From: Candidatus Omnitrophota bacterium
GTDB lineage: Bacteria > Omnitrophota > Gorgyraeia > 1-14-0-20-64-10
Assembly (NCBI GenBank): GCA_023248155.1
Contig: JAHFFE010000002.1
Coordinates: 124,824-188,823, forward strand
DNA length: 64,000 nt
Direction: 5' to 3'
Below the pieces are notes generated by a model that worked only from the letters and a program-made list of their open reading frames with translations, searched no databases and had not been told where the DNA came from. This document shows, piece by piece, positions 57,402-64,000 of the stretch (the stretch's first letter is position 1; each line of letters starts with the position of its first letter). The position numbers were made by a program, and so were the translations under genes.

Positions 57402-58369
57402 AAATTCTAATCATCAGCTTAAGCAACATCGGCGACGCGCTGTTGTGTTATCCGGCACTGGAACCGCTTTGGCAGGCCTATCCCGGCGCGCAGACCGATG
57501 TGCTGGCTTCTCCGCGGACGGAAACACTCTATCGATCGGATCCCCGTTTTTCGCGCGTCTGGGTTTTGGAAAAGAAATCCAATATTTTCCGGCAGGCCGT
57601 TCAAGTCGCCCGCTTGAGTTCTCAGCGGTACGCCGTCGTCGTTGATTTCAGAAACTCAATCATTCCAGTCTTTTTGTTCGGCGCGCGCCGTACGCCGATT
57701 TTGCGCGGTTCCGCCCCCGAAGGAATCCACCGCGCGCTGGTCCATCAGGCGCTGGTGAGCAAACTAATGGGCAAGCCGTTATCCGGAAGCGGTTATTCCG
57801 CGCCGGGATTTCCATTCTCAGCCGATGATCTTCGATTCGCGCGGAATCTTCTTGTGCCGGGCAAAACGCCGGTCATACTGGTGCCGGGCGCCCGCAGCCA
57901 TCTGAAACGCTGGCCTTCAGAACGGTTCGCTGTGATTGCCGACCGGTTGATCGACGAGCAGAACGCGCAGATTCTTCTGGTTGGAGAGGCCTCCGAGCAG
58001 CCGATCGTTTCGGCGGTCATGGCCGGGATGCGGCATTCCGCCACGAACCTCGTCGGAAAAACGTCGCTCGCGCAGTTTATGGCGCTGTTGTCGCTGGCGA
58101 AACTGGTGATTACCAACGACAGCGCGTCGCTGCATGCCGCCGAACTGACCGGCGTTCCATCCGTCGCCATTTTCGGGCCGACCGATGAAAAGAAATACGG
58201 CCCGCGCCATCCGCAGTCAATCGTAGTCCGGCGTACGATGATCTGCGCGCCGTGCGAACTGGCGCTTTGCCCGTACCGGCATGAATGCATGGAGTTGATT
58301 CCGGCCGATGAGGTCTACTCCGCCGCCGTGAAAATCCTGAAGAAATCAGAGGATCCGCGTAGGGGATGA
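57389..58369 (+). CDS. GT9 family heptosyltransferase
   Basis: Start re-assigned to ATG 57389. SLSNIGDA, KRWP, NDSASLH, IFGPT, CAPC. Confidence 0.88.
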   Translation: MAEIKILIISLSNIGDALLCYPALEPLWQAYPGAQTDVLASPRTETLYRSDPRFSRVWVLEKKSNIFRQAVQVARLSSQRYAVVVDFRNSIIPVFLFGARRTPILRGSAPEGIHRALVHQALVSKLMGKPLSGSGYSAPGFPFSADDLRFARNLLVPGKTPVILVPGARSHLKRWPSERFAVIADRLIDEQNAQILLVGEASEQPIVSAVMAGMRHSATNLVGKTSLAQFMALLSLAKLVITNDSASLHAAELTGVPSVAIFGPTDEKKYGPRHPQSIVVRRTMICAPCELALCPYRHECMELIPADEVYSAAVKILKKSEDPRRG

Positions 58370-59943
58370 TCATCACAACAATAACCATTCAGGATCTTCG
58401 CCTGGCTTGGTTTCGCTTAAAGCAAGATAGGATGGATGGTGGCCCTGATTGGCGTAAGAGATCTTTCGTAAATCATCCGTACTTGATTTCTTTGATTGAA
58501 GACGACCTTGATGTGTGGTTGAGCAATATTTTGACAAAACTACATAGTGGATATCACCCAAATTCGAGTGTTCTATGCCAAGTCCCAAAAGCGTCATGGA
58601 TGATTCGAAACGCTGAAATTATTACTCTAGAAGATGAGGTTGTTTTTAATGCTGTTTTAGCCAAGTTACATCAAGATATTTGGAAACGCATAGGTCTTTT
58701 TCAGGGGGATCCAGATATTGCTTATCAGTTGCAGCCGCCCTCTGAAGATCAGCAATGGATAAAATCTGGCTTAGTTGTATGGGAGGAGTTTAGAGAAAAA
58801 TCTCTTCTGGAATTACAAAAGGGAGCTCAATATGTCCTTTTTGCCGATATTACTGCATTTTATGACAATATTGATCTTCGCCAGCTTCGATCAGATTTGA
58901 ATGATTTGGAAGCAGAGAATTCGTTAGTTCAAACGCTTATGGATTTTCTTACCAAGTGGGATTTTCCTCGAGGCAGGGGGATTCCTCAGGGATATTCGTC
59001 TAGTGATATTTTGGCCAAGATTTACATGTTTACCATCGACCAAACACTTCTACACGAAGGATTCAGGCATTTAAGGTATGTGGATGACATCAGGATTTTT
59101 TGTAAAAACGAGAGTGAAGCGAAGAAAGCCCTGCTCGTTCTAAACAAGATTCTTCACGAAAAAAATCTTAGCTTACAATCTGCTAAAACTATTATTTATT
59201 CCACTGAAGATGCTCGGCGAGAAATATTAAGTGTAGTTTCATTGATACAAGGCTTCCAAAAGCAGATGAAAAAAGAATTGAGTATGGATCCATATGTAAG
59301 TTCTCACGAGGTAGAGGTGCTTATTAAGCAATCTCCTGACAAATTACCCGCCGATTTTTTCGAAGGTATCTTCAGAGAGTATCTTTTAGATAAAAAAGTA
59401 AAATTCAACAAAACGATATTTAGATATGTGATCCACCGACTTGCTGATACAAAGTCAAATATTGCGATTGATTACTGTCTTGATGTATTAGTCGAGCATC
59501 CAGAAGAAACTGAGGATGTCTTAAGGTATTTATCTGCCATAGCTGTGAGGGATGAGCAGCTTGGCAAGCTCTTGGCATATATGAAATCTCAGGATGCACT
59601 TTACGATTATCAGCTCTATCAAATCGTCTCTTGGTTTTTTGAAAGAAAAACTTGCCCACCCACTTTATTGTCATTGTGTCTCGATTGGGCTAGGAATAAA
59701 AACAAAGCGCCATGGTTAAGAACCTATAGTATTGCATTGTTGGGTCTTTTTGGAGCTAGAGCTGAGCTTGATATGATTCGAGGTTTATATAGCGTGGCAA
59801 GTACAGATATTGAGAAAGCAGAAATAGTTATAGCTCTAAAGCGACTGGAAACCAGTCAGCGCAATGCATTTTATAATCAAGTGATTGCTGATGGTGAATT
59901 AATTAAGAGAGCTGTTGTGAAAACCAAAGGTACCAGTAATTAA
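58366..59943 (+). CDS. Reverse transcriptase, Abi/UG (DRT-like) type with alpha-helical C-terminal domain
   Basis: VPK..WMIR, ADITAFYDNI, GIPQG, RYVDDIRIF, LSLQSAKT motifs and a helical Leu-rich C-terminus. Visibly AT-richer than flanking genes. Confidence 0.9.
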   Translation: MIITTITIQDLRLAWFRLKQDRMDGGPDWRKRSFVNHPYLISLIEDDLDVWLSNILTKLHSGYHPNSSVLCQVPKASWMIRNAEIITLEDEVVFNAVLAKLHQDIWKRIGLFQGDPDIAYQLQPPSEDQQWIKSGLVVWEEFREKSLLELQKGAQYVLFADITAFYDNIDLRQLRSDLNDLEAENSLVQTLMDFLTKWDFPRGRGIPQGYSSSDILAKIYMFTIDQTLLHEGFRHLRYVDDIRIFCKNESEAKKALLVLNKILHEKNLSLQSAKTIIYSTEDARREILSVVSLIQGFQKQMKKELSMDPYVSSHEVEVLIKQSPDKLPADFFEGIFREYLLDKKVKFNKTIFRYVIHRLADTKSNIAIDYCLDVLVEHPEETEDVLRYLSAIAVRDEQLGKLLAYMKSQDALYDYQLYQIVSWFFERKTCPPTLLSLCLDWARNKNKAPWLRTYSIALLGLFGARAELDMIRGLYSVASTDIEKAEIVIALKRLETSQRNAFYNQVIADGELIKRAVVKTKGTSN

Positions 59944-60978
59944 ATGACTCCGCGGCGGATATTAATCATGCGGACGGACCGGATGGGGGATTTAATCCTG
60001 TCTACGCCGGTATTGCGCACGCTGCGCGCCGCGTTCCCAGACGCGTATTTGGGAATGGCGATTGCCGACGAGTACAAACCGCTGCTGCAGGGACACCCCG
60101 ATTTAAACGCTCTTTTTCTGTACGATAAAAAAGGTGAGCACCGCTCGGCGCTGGGAACTCTGAAATTCGCGCGACAGATTAAAGAACATCGGTTCGACAC
60201 GGCGCTGATTCTCCATTCCACGAACCGCGCTGTTTTGACCGCGGTACTGGCGGGGATTCCTCGTCGGGTGGGTTACGCGCGGCGGCTGGGCTGGCTGTTG
60301 ACCGACGCTGTTCCGTACATTAAATCGGAAGGAACCGTGCATGAAATTGATTACAACCTGCAGTTGGTCAAACGGCTGGGCGTTGAAACGGCGGATCGGA
60401 CCACCTCGGTTGCTCTGGATGCTTCCGCCGAACCTGCCGTCACCCAATTTCTTGCTGAAAACGGATTAACCGGGAAACCGTTTGCCGTTCTGCATCCGGG
60501 CGCCAGTTGTCCGTCGAAACGCTGGCCGGAAGAACGGTTCGCACAATTGGGCGACTGGATCGTCGGGCGGTATCAAATGCCGGTCGTGGTAATGACCGGC
60601 CCTGCCGAACGAACAGCGGGACAGCGCGTGATTGAACGAATGAAAACGCCGGCGGTTTCCGCTGCGGGGCGGTTTAATATCGGCGAGCTCAGCTGGCTTT
60701 TAAAAAAAGCGTCGATTTTAATTTCCAATGACAGCGGCCCGGTTCATCTGGCTTGCGCCGTCGGCACGCCGGTTATTTCCATTTTCGGGCGGTGGGGCGG
60801 CGGGTTAAGCCCCGCGCGCTGGGGGCCTGCCGGTCCGCGTGCCGCCGCGCTGCATCATGATATCGGCTGCCGTCCCTGTCTGGCGCACCGGTGTACAATA
60901 GGATTTGTTTGTTTGCGTGCGGTCACGGTGGAAGAAGCGGCGGCTTCTGTCGATTTTCTTTTGAAGAGTATTGGATGA
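59944..60978 (+). CDS. GT9 family heptosyltransferase
   Basis: RTDRMGDLILSTP, HPGASCPSKRWP, SNDSGPVHLA, IFG, CRPC. Confidence 0.9.
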   Translation: MTPRRILIMRTDRMGDLILSTPVLRTLRAAFPDAYLGMAIADEYKPLLQGHPDLNALFLYDKKGEHRSALGTLKFARQIKEHRFDTALILHSTNRAVLTAVLAGIPRRVGYARRLGWLLTDAVPYIKSEGTVHEIDYNLQLVKRLGVETADRTTSVALDASAEPAVTQFLAENGLTGKPFAVLHPGASCPSKRWPEERFAQLGDWIVGRYQMPVVVMTGPAERTAGQRVIERMKTPAVSAAGRFNIGELSWLLKKASILISNDSGPVHLACAVGTPVISIFGRWGGGLSPARWGPAGPRAAALHHDIGCRPCLAHRCTIGFVCLRAVTVEEAAASVDFLLKSIG

Positions 60979-61820
60979 AAAAAACGGTCATTTGGATCGC
61001 GGCGCTTGGACTGGCCGGCGGATGTGTTTCCCCGGCGCAGTTTCATCCGAGGGGAACTGCCGGCGGCACGAAACAAGTTTCTGGGCCGCCCATTGTGATT
61101 GCCGCACCGCTGGCTGAAATCCTGGCAGGGGAAACGCTCGACTATCAAATTTATTATTTCGGAACGCCGGTTGCCACCGCCACGCTGACAACCTCGCCGC
61201 CGTCCGATTTAAAATACAAAGGGCTGGTCGAACTTAAATTTGAATCGCGCGCGCACTGGTATTTGCGGACAATCTATCCGGTCCGGACCATTTTAGTCAG
61301 CTGGGTCGACCCAAAAACCGTTGTGCCCCGCCGTGCCGAGGTCTACATCAAGCGGCAATGGCGTCTTTATCAGGATCAAATCACTTTTGATCATGAACGC
61401 GGCCTGGCGCTGCATAAAATTTCAGGCAAGAAAAGCATCACCGTGCCTATTCCTTCCAATGTGCATGACAGTTTAAGTTTAATCTACTACGCGCGCACCC
61501 TTCATCTGAAGCCGGGGGAGAATTTTCCGGTTCAGGTGACCGCCGATGGAAAAGTTTGGCAGCTGACCGCCCAGGCCAAACAAGCCGGAATAATCCGCGT
61601 TGGCCGCGCCGGTTATTTTCCGGCGATTGAAACGGAAATGGAGCTGGCCTACCCGATCCCGTTTTTTAACGGGGCCAACGCTCAAATCTGGTTCAGCGCC
61701 GACGGCAACCATATTCCGCTCGTGATTAAATTGAAGTCCCGCTTTGGTCCGGTCAGCGCTGTTTTGGCCAAGCGAACGGTGGTGTCGGAAGATAAAAACG
61801 ATAGTGAGGAGGGTAAATAA
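60975..61820 (+). CDS. Lipoprotein, DUF3108-like
   Basis: Lipobox-like LAGGC, GETLDYQIYYFG, DSLSLIYYAR, IWFSADGNHIPL. Confidence 0.7.
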   Translation: MKKTVIWIAALGLAGGCVSPAQFHPRGTAGGTKQVSGPPIVIAAPLAEILAGETLDYQIYYFGTPVATATLTTSPPSDLKYKGLVELKFESRAHWYLRTIYPVRTILVSWVDPKTVVPRRAEVYIKRQWRLYQDQITFDHERGLALHKISGKKSITVPIPSNVHDSLSLIYYARTLHLKPGENFPVQVTADGKVWQLTAQAKQAGIIRVGRAGYFPAIETEMELAYPIPFFNGANAQIWFSADGNHIPLVIKLKSRFGPVSAVLAKRTVVSEDKNDSEEGK

Positions 61821-62263
61821 TGGAAGCGTCTCAAGAAAAAAGCTGGATTTCGCTGCTGCTGCGCATTGCGGTGGCTTCGTTGTTTATCGGTGCCGTGGTC
61901 CCGAAATTCCGAGAAGGCATGGATCTCGTCGCGGCATTTCAAGGAATGTTCCAGGGAACCTGGCTGCCGATGCCGCTTGTGAAATTGCACGCGCGCCTCA
62001 CGCCCTGGGCGGAATTGTTGATCCCGATTTGGCTCATCAGCGGTTTTCGTCTGCGCTGGGCGTGGCTCTTCACGGGATTGTTCATCATTTCATTGGCATT
62101 CGGCATGATTGTTGCCAAGCAGGGTCCATCGGCTGCCGACAACTATTCTTATTTATTGTTGGCCATTGCCGGGCTTTATTTCAGCCGGTTTGACACGCTG
62201 AATGTGGACGCGATACTAGGCGGAAAAGGCGGCGATTGCTGCGGCGGAACCAGCTGCCACTAA
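61820..62263 (+). CDS. DoxX-family membrane protein
   Basis: LLRIAVASLFIGAVVPKF, PWAELL, four TM helices. Confidence 0.75.
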   Translation: MEASQEKSWISLLLRIAVASLFIGAVVPKFREGMDLVAAFQGMFQGTWLPMPLVKLHARLTPWAELLIPIWLISGFRLRWAWLFTGLFIISLAFGMIVAKQGPSAADNYSYLLLAIAGLYFSRFDTLNVDAILGGKGGDCCGGTSCH

Positions 62264-62273
62264 ATTAATTGCT

Positions 62274-62561
62274 CAAGAGGCGGCCCGGGCTATGGGGACC
62301 GTGGACACGCTCGGAATCGACTACCGATTCCGTCGCTCTGTCTCCGGCCTTGCCGAAGAACAATTCGATTCGGCCTCCGCCAAGGTCCACTTGCCCCATA
62401 TCCCGATCCGCCTCTTACCACGCAGGCGCTTCGGGTGACGCGGGCGGGAGAGGCCTTCGCCGCCACGCGCGCAGCGAAGCGAGCACGGACGGCGGAGAGT
62501 GTCCCCGAGCGGCAGGACCCGAAGCGACGGAGGTTTGCAGATAAGCCCGGCCCGACTCTTG
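62274..62561. repeat. Structured interspersed repeat, copy B
   Basis: Near-identical to 28540-28820. Terminal IR CAAGAGGCGGCCCGGGCT / AGCCCGGCCCGACTCTTG (16/18). Lies between convergent genes. Confidence 0.88.
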
Positions 62562-62575
62562 CTGAACGAAAAATT

Positions 62576-63790
62576 TTAGGAAGAGCGGGGGTGGAACAGT
62601 CCCAGGCTGGACGTGAATCCGTGCAGATGATTTTTCTGCGCGATCGGCCCGATCTCTCCGTTGCAGAAGAATCCTCCGACGGGAAAAGGGCCCAAGCCGC
62701 CCTGGATTGTTTTGATGTCGTAGTGCGGCTCGCCGTACAGTTCCTGTCCGCGGCCCATGCAGCTGAACAACAGTCCGCCGCGCGCTTTTTTGGGATGCGC
62801 GGCGGATTGTTGTTTTAACAGAAGCCCCAAATCTTCGCGCGAACTGTCGGCATCGCGTACATGAAACTGAATCGTCTGTCCTCGCTGAACCTGGTCGCCC
62901 ACGGCCAGCGCTCCCGACGCCACATCCATCGCGATCAAGTTCCGGATCAAAAAATCACCGCGGCCGAATGACTGCTGATATTCATTGACCACCATGCCGA
63001 TCAACAGCGCGCGCTGCGCCAGCTGGCGGTCTTTGTCGGTCAGTGAAACATACAATTGTTTCAGCGCTTCGGTGGCCGGCATTCCGGCCAATTCGAAGAT
63101 CACATTCTCCTGCGCTTTGGTGATGATGAACGGCCGTCCGATCGGGCGGCAGCCCTGCGAGACCATGGTTTCCATCGCGATGTCGCCGGTCATCAGCAGG
63201 CCTACGGCTCCTTCGGGGATCAGATCGTCGTTTAAGAACAGAGCGTTTTCTCCGGGGCCGCGCGCGCCGCTGGCAAGTCCTCCGACGATCGGCATCGCCG
63301 GGTAAACCTGGCGCATCGAATCGAGCAGCGTCATGCAGTCGCAGCTGTACGGTTCGGGCAGCAGCACTCCAACCGGCTGTTCGCCGGGATTGGCGCCGAT
63401 TTTTTCAATCCAATAGCCGGAATCGCGCGGTTCGGCCAGATCTTCCGGCGAGACGGAGAACGGGTGCAGTTTTACGCGGGGCAGGCAGGCTGCCACAAGC
63501 GAAATGGCCGGCACGCCTTCGAGTTCCATATTCGACCCGACGATTCCGCCGCCGGTGCATCCGATCAAGATTGGCGAGCCGAGCGTACGGCGGATATGGC
63601 GCAGCTGACTGGCCCAATTCATGCGGTAGTGCGCCGACGCGAACAGGAAAGCGGCATGGATCGGCCGGTCCTGCAGTGTTTCCTGAACCTGCGCCAGGAC
63701 GGAGTGAATCGCTTCAGCCGGATCCGTTTTGTCGGTGATGCCGGCCGCGAAAAACATTTGATCAGAAGAAGGAACCGATTCGCGATTCAT
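62576..63790 (-). CDS. FIST N/C domain sensory protein
   Basis: IGCTGGG, GGLASG, VSQGCRPIG, FLIRN, QFHVRDA, FSCMGRG, GFFCNGEIGP, HGFT. Confidence 0.9.
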   Translation of the reverse strand: MNRESVPSSDQMFFAAGITDKTDPAEAIHSVLAQVQETLQDRPIHAAFLFASAHYRMNWASQLRHIRRTLGSPILIGCTGGGIVGSNMELEGVPAISLVAACLPRVKLHPFSVSPEDLAEPRDSGYWIEKIGANPGEQPVGVLLPEPYSCDCMTLLDSMRQVYPAMPIVGGLASGARGPGENALFLNDDLIPEGAVGLLMTGDIAMETMVSQGCRPIGRPFIITKAQENVIFELAGMPATEALKQLYVSLTDKDRQLAQRALLIGMVVNEYQQSFGRGDFLIRNLIAMDVASGALAVGDQVQRGQTIQFHVRDADSSREDLGLLLKQQSAAHPKKARGGLLFSCMGRGQELYGEPHYDIKTIQGGLGPFPVGGFFCNGEIGPIAQKNHLHGFTSSLGLFHPRSS

Positions 63791-63811
63791 TGGTATAATG
63801 TATTGTACACC

Positions 63812-64000
63812 ATGTCAAAAGATCATAGTTTTGATGTTGTATCCAAAACCAATCTGCAGGAGCTGAAGAACGCACTGCAGATGGCTCAAAAAGAGATTCA
63901 GACCCGCTTCGATTTCAAGGGGTCATCGGCCTCCGTCAATTTTGAGGAAGGCGCCAACACCGTGAAGCTGACGGCCGATCATTCGGTCCAACTGCACAGC
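63812..64000 (+). CDS. yajQ: YajQ-family nucleotide-binding protein, 3'-truncated by window edge
   Basis: Read from the sequence (not in the ORF track): MSKDHSFDVVSKTNLQELKNALQMAQKEIQTRFDFKGS. Confidence 0.9.
   Translation, partial: MSKDHSFDVVSKTNLQELKNALQMAQKEIQTRFDFKGSSASVNFEEGANTVKLTADHSVQLHS

Noticed and set aside
58366-62561. RT plus nearby structured repeat as a retron, DGR or retroelement pair
   Set aside because: 2.3 kb and three genes apart, very different composition, and differences between repeat copies are not adenine-specific. No direct evidence of linkage.
63788-63815. dif site
   Set aside because: ATAATGTAT resembles the dif centre, but the XerD arm TTATGTTAAAT is absent.

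Overview
A 64-kb piece of a GC-rich diderm bacterial chromosome, almost entirely + strand housekeeping operons. In order: ilvE-mcsA-mcsB...clpC; an AsmA-like gene with mlaE/F/D; yacL(PIN/TRAM)-ispD-ispF-cysE-cysS-tmk-holB-metG; a cysteine desulfurase, a TatD/radical SAM fusion and a CPBP protease; thiL-tsaE-tsaB-alr; an ilvD-ilvBNC-leuA block; aroE-pilD-aroC-aroK-dprA-thiS-topA-xerC; and a lipid A/LPS-core cluster. The gene mix suggests Omnitrophota (OP3) or a relative, which is my inference, not a computed assignment. Standout items: (1) A 2431-aa ORF inserted between mcsB and clpC is punctuated 11 times by the motif [AGS]G[AQLMF]EE. The first eight copies bound unrelated modules: a tandem-duplicated membrane cassette, an MraZ-like plus histidine kinase module, and orphan domains. 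It looks like a cassette-built, possibly proteolytically processed bacterial polyprotein. (2) A solitary AT-rich Abi/UG(DRT)-type reverse transcriptase sits in the LPS heptosyltransferase operon with no intergenic space. (3) Two families of ~280-bp highly structured palindromic elements are present, one in two copies 34 kb apart. (4) Candidate regulation of the branched-chain amino acid operon: a BldC/Xis-like HTH gene with tandem 10-bp repeats, an attenuator-like leader, and a long G-U-rich hairpin before ilvB. I recognised no rRNA, tRNA or CRISPR array.
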